Positions 1-14,934 of a stretch of DNA of 64,000 nt are shown here, piece after piece. Every line of letters begins with the position of its first letter. Positions within the stretch are counted from its first letter, which is position 1. The position numbers were made by a program, and so were the translations under genes. A model generated the notes under the pieces. The model was not told where the DNA came from, made no database searches, and saw nothing but the letters and a program-made list of their open reading frames with translations. The stretch lies in NCBI RefSeq assembly GCF_009914755.1, contig NC_060928.1, one strand, 5' to 3'. The stretch comes from the human T2T-CHM13v2.0 reference genome, Homo sapiens.

Positions 1-484
1 TAGAACAAAAAGATGGAGGAACAGTGAATTAATTAATTCTCTCTCTTTCTCTCCTCCTCTTCCTCCTCCTCCTTCTTCTTCTTTCTCTTCTCTTCTCCTT
101 CTTCTTCTTCTTCTGTCTCTCTCCCTTCCTCCCTCCCTCCATCTCTCTCCTTGATCTGAGATGACATCCATCTTCTGCCCTTGGATATGGAAGCTCCCAG
201 TTCTCTGGCCTTCATACTCCAGTACCTACATCAACAAACCCCTGCTCCTGGTTTTCAGGCCTTTGCTCTTGGACTGACTTACATCATTGGCTCACCTGGT
301 TTGCAGAACTTCAAACTCAGGCTATATTACACCTCTGGCTTTCCTTGGTCTCTTGCAAATGGCATATCATGGAACTTCTTGGCCTCCATAACTGTGTAAG
401 CCAATTCCCATAATCAAGCTCCTCATATATAATATATCTATAAATATGCTATTGGTTCTTTTTTCTCTGGAGAACCCTAATACA
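1..484 (+). mobile_element. MLT2-family (ERVL) LTR, 3' portion, with internal pyrimidine microsatellite (about 38-150)
   Basis: catccatcttctgcccttgga...ggaacttcttggcctccataactgtgtaagccaattcc...tctggagaaccctaataca resembles the MLT2 3' end. Confidence 0.75.
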
Positions 485-544
485 ATATTACTCCCTTTCA
501 CTCTCACAAGTGTCTCAATTGGGACAATAGATACATGGTCACTT

Positions 545-1266
<722 letters not shown>

Positions 1267-2099
1267 CAGTCATCCTACTCTTAACGGTGGCAGTTACTCT
1301 TATCACTGATATCTACACATGTTGCCCATGAGGTCTACGTAAATCACTCAGAGCACCTCTAGTCTAGATGATTGGTATTTCTACCCCATGCCACCCGCCA
1401 ACACTGAGCTGACATATCTGGGAAACTTGGGTAAGTTCAACTCCATTCCTTCATTCTATCCTAGAATGTACTCCAGCTTTAAAGTGCATCACCATGTAAA
1501 TGGCTTTTATAAGCAATTTATTTGAAAACTATAATGTGTAGTTTGCAAATCAGCTTAGACTCTACATTAAATTTCTACCCTCTTGGTTGGAGGATGTTTA
1601 GGGCAATCCTGCCTCTCTTTTGGACTCCGAGGACAAAGCTATCTGCTGTCCCACACAATCGGAACCTGAAGGTTACCTGTACAGTCAACAGGTTAATAAC
1701 TACTAAAGTCATTTTCCTAATTTGCATATTAAAGATAAATTGTTATTCTTAGGTTTTCTTCACATTATGCATATGATATTTGCCTTCATTATTTCAAATT
1801 ACTGTGAAGAATGTTTCTAGGAAATATTTTCACCTACACATAAAATGATCCTGTGGAGAACAAAAACTTATCTTCAGTTTTAGTCAACTCTAAGAACACA
1901 GGTCACAGTCAGTACATGGGCTCTGATGTACAATGTGATCCAACTTCAAATAACGACTATGTTTTAATAGCTCAGGTATATTTAGACACTATCTTTATTT
2001 TGCTTAGGCTAGTCACAGTATTCAAATTCTAACTAACATGTAAATTAATTAATCTGAAAATTAGCCAAAAAAGTAGCTAAAAACAAATCTAAATGGAAA

Positions 2100-2320
2100 T
2101 AATAACAATAGCTAAAATGTATAGAGTCTACTATAAGGTTCTGTTCTACAGTTCAGAATGCTTAACACACATTAGCAATTTTAATTCTTGCAACAATATT
2201 ATAATCTAAGTATTCATATCCCTAGTTTACAAATGAGGAAAGTAAGGCACAGAAAGGATAAGTAATTTTCTCAAGATGACATAGCTTCTCATATAGTGGA
2301 GGCCGAGTTTGAACCCACTC
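2100..2320 (-). mobile_element. MIR
   Basis: Core tttacaaatgaggaaagtaaggcacagaaagg...gagtttgaaccca. Confidence 0.7.
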
Positions 2321-5300
2321 TTAACCTCATGCCATCACATAAATTAGTAATATGGCTAGCATTTTGTGTAAATTGGGTTAGACTTTCTAAAGTTAATGAC
2401 AATAACTCTGCTTCTGACAATAACAGTTTACATTAACCAGATCTTTCTGGCTGGTAGATTCCAGCATTCTTTTGGTTATCAACGCTCATCAAGAAAAAGT
2501 AGGGGGCAGGTTAGGAATGTGTGTTATGTCTTAAAGCAGTTCCCAAGTGAATCCAAACACTATCATAATAATAAGCTGTGTCTTGAGAACTACATACAGG
2601 TAGTCACTTGCAACATTTAGAAGGGAAATACTATATTGGTAAATATGTCATACCATCCTATGAGATTTAGGTATTAGATTAATAAAATAGATTTAGTGAA
2701 CACAGCAGCATAAATAATAATATTTACATATATACACAGAATAAAATATTTTTCATTTAACTAAAGGAAAATAGATCTCTTTCTTTAAATTATGTGTTGA
2801 CACTGAATAACACTGAAAGCCACAGTGTTTTCTTTGAACAACACATCAAGGAACAAACAGAAGCATGATGGTAACTATAAAAAGTTGATTTTGGTTGATT
2901 TTTAAAGGTGCCACAAAGTGGATACTCCATGAAGCTAATGTATTCATTCATTAAATAGACTTTTTTTTTTTTAGCACATACCATCTTCTAGTTACTGTCC
3001 TGGGCTTTGAGAATGCAGTTGCAAATAGTTTCACAAAATCACTGTCTCTTCAATTTTACTAGTGTGATGAGAAAGACAAGAAAAAGTTAAAGAAAATATA
3101 TAAGATAATTTCAGATGCTGATAAATTATACAAAACAAGGATATAGGTTTAAGAAAGATCCCTGGGCTGGAGAAGTGGGCAGGTGAAGGACTTAGCTAAA
3201 GTCATTAGCAAAGGCAAAATAACTGAATAAATGCAGTTCCTTAATGCCAATTTAACATTATTCAGGCAGACTTCTTGTAGCTCTTCATCTCTGAATTGGA
3301 GGTACTTTAACTTACTCGGCTTGAAGTAAGTGTATCCAAATTCTCACTGCTGGAACACCCGAGATGGAAGTAGCTTAAAAGCTACACTATTTGAAATGTG
3401 TGTGGGGAATATTCAGAAAACAGCTCCAGAAAATTGGAGCTAGCTTTCCAAAGGCAGCCAGTAGTAATGAAAGGGAACATCTGGATGCCACATGGAACAC
3501 CTTACTTGACTTGAGCCCAGCCTGGCCCCAACAAGCTACCTTGAGCCTTTGACAAAGAAAATGTGTTATGATGACAACCACCCACTAGCAAGTATGGCTA
3601 ATAACAATAGGAAAAAAATCAAATCCTAGTTTAATATATGCCTTTCAGATTAAAATTTATGTATGTTACCATATAGATGTTCCATATAGATGGAATATAA
3701 TTTTAATTAAAGACGTCAGAAGAATTCTAGCCCTCACCAAAGGATTAACATACTGGTATTAAAAGAGCATCTTAAGAAAATTTGTGAAGGCAGTTTAGGA
3801 TAACATGAATCTTACTGATAAAACGATCCTAAAGCCACATCACTGAATATCCATCTACTACTATGTAACCACCTCAATATTCAACATCTTGACACAAATC
3901 CTTTCGAAAAAATCTATGTTTACAATACATGAAATTAATAAAGAAAAACCTTGCAAATCACTTTAATCTTGATAATCTTAAATTAGAACATGGATCTAAT
4001 TTAAGAAGTGAACCTGACCACTCTAGCAGAGGCACAGAAATCAAATTTTTGTTCATGCTACTAAATACACTGAATTAATATGTTAATAATGACCATGATC
4101 AAACTTGAAGATTAAAAAATGCAAAATTTTGAAGATGATAAATTATGTGTCATGTATATATTACCACAATTTTTTAAAAAAGTGTACAGCCAATGTGCCC
4201 TATGCTTTGAACATTTTATAAACAAGCAGCAAAGCTTAATATGTAATATACATATATTTAATTATCTGGATTAATATAAAAAGACCATTTTCAATAAGCA
4301 TTTTAATAACGTTAACTTGTCATTTAATATATTTCAAAAACCAACGTAGATTTCAAAGAACTCATAATTCCTTGAAAATATGAAAAGATGTACACACAGA
4401 AAATGTAATTTAAAATGGAATAAAGTCAAACTCATTTATTTTCAATGAATCCAAATTAAATAATGTTTAAAGATTTTGGAAGCATAGCTTTACTTCTTAC
4501 TTTGAGTTTTCTAACAAAAATCAGTTTTAGAGATGGCAACACTTTCAAGTGAAAAAGCAAACCTCAAAAGTGTATGTTTCATGAAAAATACCTGATATCG
4601 TTCCACATGGTTGAACTTTAAAATATATGTATTATATGGGAATTCTTTAGAAGAACTTTACATTTTTTTCCATGAATATCAGGGGACTGGCTTATTTTGC
4701 TTTTGTAGACTAGGAAATGGTTACAAAACAGCAAACTGAATCATTCTAGGTGAAAATTAAACCAAAAATGTAATTGTGAAAGCACCACCCAATTACTTTT
4801 CCAATCTCACCCTTCCAATCCCTTCAATTTATGGAGTTTCTAATAAATTAGAAGTACACCATAGAGAGAAGTGAAATGCTACACTGACAAATAGGAGTAG
4901 CTCAAGTTCATTCTTGGCATCTTTCTGTAATTGAAATACTTTTTTTCCCCGCAGCAAAAAGAGCCATGAAACCCCACCGACCTCACGGAACCCCACCTTG
5001 TTACTCTTGGAATGTTCCCATTAATCAAATTCTGAGGAATCTCACTTAACCTAAACAAGTTAAACCCAAGGACACCATCTTTGAAAGAAGGACAACAAAA
5101 ACCTGAACTTGACATTACTCCTTGAATATTTTAGAGATCCTCTACTTTTAAAAGCTTAACAGAGTTTACAGTTGTAAGAAAGTGGGCAATAAAATGTAAA
5201 AATCAAATAAGAGAACCCTTACTTCTCAAAACAATTTTATCATCTGATTCAAAACAAATGGAGTCTGGTTTTCAAAATCTATTTCTTTAAACGATGCTTT

Positions 5301-8025
5301 ATTTTCCTTAAGAATCTTACAGTTACAGTATCCCTCCCTCATTTCTGAAGAGATGCCAACTCAAAGGACATGAGGTTCATTGGGAAGAAGGAAAAAAACA
5401 GGACAGCCACGTGCTCACGAACTTTTCAGTCGGAAATCATAAAAAGCCAGATTGGGTGGATTTACTGAGGGTGAAACAAAAAGTGAATTTTACTGATGCA
5501 AATTTTTTTAAAAAAGAATACGAGATGCAGAATGAAAAGAGGTGAGTTAATGAAGCAAAAGTAAAAGATTCCCTACTCAGGATGCTCTTGCTTCAGCCAA
5601 CCAGGAGCATAAATTACCCTCATTACATGTGACTTGTCTAAGGGAGCAAGACGACAGACAATAAAGGGTCTTGATGTGAGTGCTGGCAAAAGCAAGGGGA
5701 CTGTTCCACAAACAGCAGAAAGATCTGAACAATCCAGACACTGGCCAAGTTTTCAAGGTTCCCATCCACAAACAAAAACTCTTCCATGAGTGTTCCACAC
5801 TGCTATGGTAGGGAACAATTTAAGTCAAGGAAGAAATGTTCTTTATCATTGATGTGGTTTTGTTGTTAGGGAGTCAGAATTTGGTGAGAAAATTATTAAT
5901 CATTTCACCCAGTAGTTTTCTATTTTTAGGAATTTCTACCAAAGTTTTATTTAACCCAATATTTATGAGTATAGTTGGTGAACCGTGGTCATGGAGTAAC
6001 TAAGCAGTTAAACCTTAGGTGCCTGCACAAAGAGGAGTTTCCTATAAATAGTGCCAGCAAGGAAGTATCAAGAGTATATAACGTTGAGTAGCAAGAAACC
6101 CATAAAATTATTGTCTCTCCCATAAAACTAGAGAAGATTAAAAAAAAAAAACAGCTAGAGAAGATATAAAACCTTCCCCAGCCTAGAAGCATAGTGCCGA
6201 TTTGCAGAAAAACAACACAGAGAGTTATTCTTGGTGGAAAAATGGTAGCAACAGCAGAAGAAAGCACAAATTAGGGGAAATCAAATCTCCTTTTATTTTC
6301 CAAAGGAAAAATGTTGGTGATGCAAGTTTAATAGAGGTATGCTATTATCTAATAATTTACCAATAGATAAAGCTGTTCAAACAGTTGATGTAAACTGTGG
6401 CCTAGGCCATATCCATTTTTGAGGACTCCAGTATATAAAAAAAAGAAGAAATGATAAAAATATGAACTACGTAAATGACAGTATATTTTAAATGATCTAT
6501 CTTATTAGTCTCTGTGATGATATTATTAATTCATTTGGTTATTGTTCATAGCATTATATTCCAGGACAAATGTCACTCTCTCACTTTTCACTCTGTGCCC
6601 CTTAATCCAACCTATGACAAACTTTGACATAGCACTATAATTTTTACATTAGAAAATTAGGGCCTCTGATATTTTTGAAGAAAGAAAAAATAGATAATCA
6701 TATTACTAATGAAAGCCAAAATGAATGTCTGTCTCTTAAGTTGTTAGATATACTTGTCATTAACCCAAAATCAACTGAGTAGGAGCTGAGTATAGAAAAA
6801 AAAAACAGTGGAAGAAAGGGTACATTCCATTGATGTGGTTGTGGATCTGAAATTATTTAAAGTGTCAACATAACACTGAGACATCTAAAAACATGCAGTT
6901 CAAGACTTTGCTTATAAGAAAATTCCATTCAAACATTTCTTGGGGAAAACCTGAAGCTTTTGAAGTGTGATGCTAAGGAAATCATTTATTTCTATGTCAA
7001 TTCTACTCAACGTTTCTGTTAACTCTTAGATTATCTGCAGGTAAGAGAATATTTGATTTGGTTTAATGTTAGTAATGAGACAGAAAATAAATATAGCAAA
7101 ATAAGTTCTCTCTCAACATATGGAGGTCATCTAATTCTTATTAAAAATGTGCTAAAATGTTGTTTTAAAATGTTTACATTTTCGTTTGTGTTTATAATTC
7201 AGTAATCATCTAATTTTTTAATAATTTTATTATTGCTCTATAATTACTTATAATTATTTAAAGCTATTGTTTTTATAATGTTGGACAAATATTCTAAAAA
7301 GAATAAATTATTTCCTTTAAAAAAGCATTCAAGGAAAAAGAAAAACAGTGGCTAAAATCCAAATACGATCAAATAATAATATACTGATTTTTTATATCTA
7401 AGCTGATCACAGGTATTTATCCAAAAAATTACATGTTTCCTAAGACAGTGATTTATTACTATATTCAAATAACAATGTGTAAGCAAGCCTAGAACAGAAG
7501 GGCCTACACAGTCGGTATCTATTAACACAGAAAGCTGGTTGGAACTGTAGGCAAGTAATTAACCTTCTGGCCCAGAGCTTTAAAAACCCAAAAGCAGTTC
7601 CTAGAATTTCTTCCATAATTTATGAACAACTGATGGAATTCATGTCACAGTCCGTGGATTCCCTTGCTGAATTAACCTCAGCTCTCACTGACCCTAAGAA
7701 GCTATAAACCAACAGGAGACTGTGCTCTACTATTTCAGCTGACCCACAGAGTGCCATCTCTGTTGTTTCAGCATAGGAAGCCGGATGATAAATTACAGAG
7801 CTGCCCGCCAGGCACAATCCTGAACATTCCCCTTCAATGAAGATGACAGCAACACACTGTACATGCACATTCACTCACCCTAAACCAGCCCTGTTTGACA
7901 GCAAATCCTCATCTACATTCTATAGATGATCTATATTCTGTAGCTAAAGTTTATGAAAAGATAAGCATAATGACACTGGGAATAGAGGGTCAAACAGTGT
8001 ATCAAGGGAGTATGAATACCTGTGA

Positions 8026-8470
<445 letters not shown>

Positions 8471-9934
8471 GGGACTATTATTATTCCATTTATCAGAGAT
8501 GAGGAAACCAAGCTTCAAGGAAATTAGCCAACTCATTAATGTTCATTCAAGAAGGAAATAAATAGAATGGAGTTTGAAGCCCATAATCTGACTCCAGAAT
8601 CAATACTCTGGATATAAAGGTGGCATTAAATAACAATGTATTACAAATACTAATTTTACGGTAGCAAAGTTTCTCCATAGCTGGAGTTAAGTTCTCAGTT
8701 GACCATAGGTAACAAACTATAGTTTCTATGTTAAAGTTATCTTCAATTGGTTGATATATCAACAAGAAAATATTGTCAAACATGATGAAAGGAGTGTATG
8801 TAGTTCTATGGTATGTTCAAGAGTAACAGCAGGGGTCAGGGGGTATGTCAAAGAATAAGAAATAAAAATATCAGCAATGTGATATATTGGAAAAAGTTTA
8901 AGCCTCGGTTTAGTTCTAGCTGAACCACATACAAGTTTTATGACCTTAGGCAAATCATTGCACTTTGCTTGGCATTATTTCAAATAAGAGGCTTGAACTA
9001 GATTTCTGAAACCCTTTCTATTCTAAAGTCAAGAATATTATTTTTTATTCTAAAAAAGCAGATGCCTTGTGCACACTTGCCACATTCTCATTCTAATTAC
9101 CAAACTGTGCAGAATGAATGGACTTTAGAAGGTGGATACAAGATTTATAAAAAATAACATTTTCAAGGTTAATGGAAAAAACAAAGTCTTGTCAGACTAC
9201 AGAATGGTGGTAATGCGAACAAGGGGGAAGAAGGAGGATGCAGAGCGGAACGAAGGGGAAGCAAGGATACAACCAGTTGGTTATTTAAGGTAGTGAAGGA
9301 TAAAATCAATCATAAAATGAAGGAATTGAAGGATGTTTTTAATTTTAGGCACTATCAACAAAAAATAAAAACATAAATACTAAAATTCCTCCCACGACTA
9401 ACAGGTAATAATCCAATAGCTAATTTATCACTGTCTTGTAGAATGACCGTTAGTCATGAGCCAATTAACAAAAACACTTGTTTTAAAAAAAAAATAATAT
9501 GTATGAAGGAGACTGCCTTTAATGTTCCATAAAAGAATACTGTCACTGTACTGGACAGGAAATGTTGAAAAACGCCAACTGGCAAATTGGAAGGAAAAAC
9601 CATAAACTGGAGTCTTATTTCCTCTTCATAAAACTGAGTGTTATTTGATATCATAAAAAAGAAATTTGATTTCCGAAATTGTTGATGGACAGTTTGAATA
9701 CTATAAAAACAAAGTTAAACTGACACCTTCAGGCATACTTGGTATGGGATTAAAAGACTAACTCCATAAAAATCTCATCACATTGCAGTATATTCAAAGG
9801 TCCAACTGCCAATTAGTAACCATTTCCTAGAAATAAAAAAAGGGAAATTTAGTAAATATAATTTAATCATTATTTCCTCTGTATGTTACTGCCCACTATA
9901 AAGCTGACTAGCAGAAAATGAACAAGTGAATGTG

Positions 9935-10291
9935 TGATATGGTCTGGCTGTGTCCCCACCCAAATCACAAATTGTAGCTCCCATAATTCCCATGTGTCAT
10001 GGGAGGGACCCGGTGGGAAATAATTGAATCACAGGGTGATCTTTGCTGTGCTGTTCTTGTGATAGTGAGCGAGTGTCACAAAATCTGATGGCTTTATAAA
10101 GGGGAGTTCCCCTGCACATGCTCTGTTGCCTGCCGCCATGTAAAATGTGACTTTGCTCCTCCTTTGCCTTCTGCCATGATTGTGAGGCCTCCCCAACCAT
10201 GTGGAACTGTGAGTCCGTTAAACCTCTTTCCTCTATAAGTTACCCAGTCTTGGGTATATCTTTAATAGCAGGGTGAGAACAGACTAAAACA
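9935..10291 (+). mobile_element. THE1 (THE1B-like) MaLR solo LTR
   Basis: tgatatggtctggctgtgtccccacccaaatc...gagaacagactaaaaca, 357 bp, 5-bp TSD atgtg on both sides. Confidence 0.92.
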
Positions 10292-11384
10292 ATGTGAAAA
10301 GATCAATCAATAAATAAAAACATCATTTGGCTCTAAAGCATAAAACTTTCACAGTACTAAAATGATATAAGACTTTTATTTCCTCATCTTTTATACTGGG
10401 GGACTTACAGAATTTCTGTAATTCTTGTGGTAATTATAATAGCTATATAGAAAAAAAAGAGATAACTTAAAACAGAATTTGAAGTCAAAAGACCTGTGTT
10501 TTATTATTTTGATAGTGAATAGGTCATTTGCTTCTCTGAATCCGTGCTTCCTCATCTAGAAAATGAGAATGGTCCTAGAAATGGCTGAATCCTTTCAATG
10601 GCCGTGAAAGGATTAATTTAGATACTATATTTGAGAGAACGTTCCTCTTTCAACAAATTTAAAGATTAAAGAGGTGAGTCTGATCTGCCCTGTCCTTCAG
10701 CTTAGAATCTAGTCATGGGAAACTGATAAGCAAAGTACAGTGTAATATAGCTGAAAATAGGTATTTATATATAATAAACAATGAGAGCCCCCAGATCTCT
10801 ACTAGATGAGATTTGCTACACAACTGCAAAAGACTATAATGTACTACATAATTGTTTGTAATTATTCCAGCTCCAATAGCACAGACTCACCCTTGTCAAA
10901 CAAAACAGATAGAGCATTTGTCAGGACCAATTTCCTCTACGTTCTTTCTAATGAGAAACTTTAAAAACTAGGAAACTCCAAGCTGAAATCAAACAGTAAG
11001 TTTGGTGCTGGTTGACCACATGTTGTTCTTTATTCCCTCATTTAAGCACTGTAAGTTTATAGGCACTAGTGAGTTAGATCTTGAACCATGTTATTAATGA
11101 TCATTTGTTATACAGTTTGTTTTCCCACCAATTACATGACAAAGCAACAGGATAAAAAATGGAAAGGGAAGCAAATATGGGTGGGTCCAGCTCATAGATT
11201 GGGAAGTGTAGCATTTTCTTCTTTAATGCCAGCACTTCTCGAAGTGAATGTTACGGATTTTTGTATGTAGTATGTGAAAAAATAATTTTATGGTCAACTA
11301 AATTTGTATTCAAATCTGGAACTTCTCACTCTGAACCCATGCATCCTTTTTACTATCATACAGGTAATGCAACCCACTTGTAAG

Positions 11385-11810
11385 TTATTTTATCTATTGA
11401 ATAAGCATTCACAAGTTCTCTTTCTAAGCCAGGCAGTGTGCTGAATGGTAAAAAGTAAGGTATCAGTTATGGGCATGGCCCTAAGAAAACTGAGGACCCA
11501 CAGACTACTGAAGATGGCCACAGGTGCAGGCAATCAGAAGTGGGCAGTGCTGAGGAGGGTAAAGGAGCATGGATATGCTGACCTAACAAGGCAGGGGTAG
11601 GGGACAGGTCAGGGAACACGTCAAGGAGAAAGTAACACGTAATTGGAGACTGGAGAAAAGCCAAAGAAGGCCAGTAAGCAGCCTGGAATGTAAACAGTGA
11701 GGGGTCGGTAGTTGATAAGTCTCATGAGAAAAGTCTAGGGCATTCATTTTGTACAAGGCAAGGGGAAGCCACTGAAAGGTTTTAAGTAGGATAATAAAAT
11801 GACCCAGTGA
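11385..11810 (-). mobile_element. Degenerate L2 fragment
   Basis: aagccaggcagtgtgctg...ggggaagccactgaaaggttttaagtagg L2-like motifs. Confidence 0.5.
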
Positions 11811-12210
11811 GCCTTTTTATCAATTGTTTAAACCTTCTTTTCTAAGGCTTACAAATACTTTCCAATGCATTTCAAAGAAAATGTCTGAAAAACCCATGAG
11901 AACAGCAAATTTTGTGGGATTCCTTTTTCAAGGAGATAAATCTAGCATCCTTAAGAAGGATGAAGCATGAAATAATGACATTCAGCTTCTTCAGAAGACT
12001 GCTTCTCTAAGCAGTATAACTGAAAGAAAACAAAAACAAAACAACAAAACGTCTGTTTATATTTAGGGAATAGAAGTCTTCCTGTTGAAAGAATCAGGCT
12101 CTGGTGGAGATGTGCACAAGACTTAAGCTATGAAGCTAGATGTTAAAGTAACAATTCTCTGGTCCACTTAAGTGGCAGCTGCATCTACACGGTTGCTCTC
12201 ATTGGAATAA

Positions 12211-12531
<321 letters not shown>

Positions 12532-12534
12532 CCC

Positions 12535-13020
12535 TATTTATTTTTAAATATGAAAATTTCAAACATGAGGAAATGTTGGAAGAATAGTACAGTGGACACT
12601 GTATAAACTCACTTAGGTTTAATATTTATTAACATTTCACCAAATTTGCTTTCTCCTTCTCATTTCTCTTTTTTTTTTTTAATGGGAGAAAAGGCAAACA
12701 AATTTATTTGATCATAGTTTTACGTGACATGGGAGCCTTCAGAATGAAGATCCACAGATGCAGGGGAAACAGTTCAATTGTATGCTTAGGTTCAAGAAAG
12801 TATGGACAGCTGTTTTAAAATATGATTGGACAAAAAGGTTGTGTCCAGCCTGGACAGAGCAAGACTATGTCTCAGAAAAAAAAATTAGATAATTTCTCTT
12901 TTTTAACATGTATTTTTATATGCACTTCTTCCTGGTCCATTTGAGCATAAGATGCAGAGAAGTTTCACACCTAAGTATTTTAGCACAAATCTTATAATAA
13001 CAGTTACCTGCACAATCATG
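12535..13020 (-). mobile_element. Old L1M (L1MC-like) 3' fragment interrupted by an insert at 12675-12891
   Basis: gaaaatttcaaacat...gaatagtacagtggacac and ccatttgagcataagatgcaga...cctaagtattttagc resemble consecutive parts of an L1MC 3' UTR. Confidence 0.5.
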
Positions 13021-14934
13021 ATATACACACTAAATATTTGTATTATTCAAGAGAAATTATTATAAAAATTAGAAAACAGAAAATCATAAAGAAAATTAAA
13101 ACCAAACATATTTATAACATATAGAAAAAAAGCAGTTAATAATTTAGTAGATAACTTTTCAATTATTTAAATACAAATGCTTTATTCTTAGAAAGATATA
13201 TCCTTCTGTTTTTGTAACATCTTTCTCATTTCTTTTCATGTTATTTAGTATATATCCATATCACTTTTGTTACCTATATAATATTCCAATTTATGGATAT
13301 ACCATGAATTATGAGTTCTTTTAATGTTAAATATGTAGGATCTTTTCCAATTTTTTGCCATTATAAACAGTTTTTCAAGGGACATAACAATGTTCTTTTT
13401 ATAAAACAAACATTATTGCCCGCAACCTCTCTTCAGACTTAGGAATCAAGCATACTTTGGATTTATGCCTAATAAATAAGGCAGTGTAAATATTAAAAGC
13501 CTAGGATAAGTTTTATATGGCAAGGAGAACAATTTATTAAGCGTATTTTGGAGGTTACTATGGTTTAATTTCAAGGAAAAAATTGGTGGGACATACACAG
13601 TTCAGAATTTTAAATACCACCAAAAATATTTTTTCAACTGAGTTATCATTTAAACATGTATGAAAAAGAATGCTTAGCCTTCTTTTAAAAAAAGTCTTAG
13701 TTAATCAGAAACATAGCCATCTAAAATGCATTTTCCCCAAATTAATATATTAAGAAAATTCCATGATTTTAAGTATGCCAAACACCATGATATTAATTCC
13801 TTATCAATAGTCAACCAAGATTATATCTACGAAACTAAGTTATGAAAATTTCAACACGTTCAACAATTTAAGATCTTGATAAAGCTGGAAGAAATAAAAG
13901 GGAAAGGTATTGAACATGAAAATTCTCAATATGATGTCCTGTAAATAAACGTAAGAAGAAAAGTAGAAAATAATATAGGAGGTTATGTCATTCAGTAAAG
14001 GCTTGCCACGGTATATTAATAAACACAATTCATTTAACTTTGGAAAAGTACGCTTAACAAGGAGTGATATTATAGAAGAATTTTAGAAATTATACTTATG
14101 ACAATGAACTGGCCATCTACTATGAACTAGCACTGAGTATTTTACATACATGATTTCATTTATTCTTCACAAAAATGTACAATGTAAAATGGGACTTAGA
14201 GACATGAAGAAATTAGCTCAAAAGTATATGACTAGCTAGTGGCAGGGGGCTAGGGTTTGAACTCAAGCCAGCTGTCCCAAAGCCCCTGCTCTTTCCATTA
14301 TGCAAGACTGACTCCTATGGCAGAGGAGGGTATAACAGGAAACACCCTGAGACCTGTTTCTACTAATCACGGCAACTCTCTAGGCGGGAAAAGTTATTTA
14401 ATCTCATGAGAACTCAGAGTCCCCTGAACCCTGACTACAAAATTTCAAATATCAGCAAAAACCTTACTGATAGGATGATCTTTTATCAAATTTCTATCTT
14501 TTGCTATCTGCAGGCAAGTTTTGGAGTTGAGTTCTAGACTATATCTACAAGTAAGCCCAAATTTAGAAAGCCTTAATGTTTTCCTATTTACAGTCATAAA
14601 CATAATATCAGCCCAACAGTGAACAGTTCCTATGCAAAAGTAGAGTCAAAGCTGGCAGACCTACTCATCAACTGACTTTTGCAGCAAAGGCAATGCCAAT
14701 GGACATTAACGTTGCAGCGGCGGCAGCAGCAGTGGCAAAAGCTTGAAAATTTACTATGAAGAATGCTGCAGCAATAGTTGGAAGCAATACCAGTCTGAGA
14801 AATCAAGACGGAAATGGCCCCAGTTAAACAGAATGGCCTCTGTCAGCCGGGCTCTTATTTACATGAGCCAACACATATTTCACATGAATTGCTTTTCCCT
14901 AGGTATTTATCATTGGCCAGGGGGCCCTTCAAGA

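Noticed and set aside
33-215. Glu/Lys-rich 60-aa ORF
   Set aside because: Low-complexity pyrimidine tract inside an MLT2 LTR
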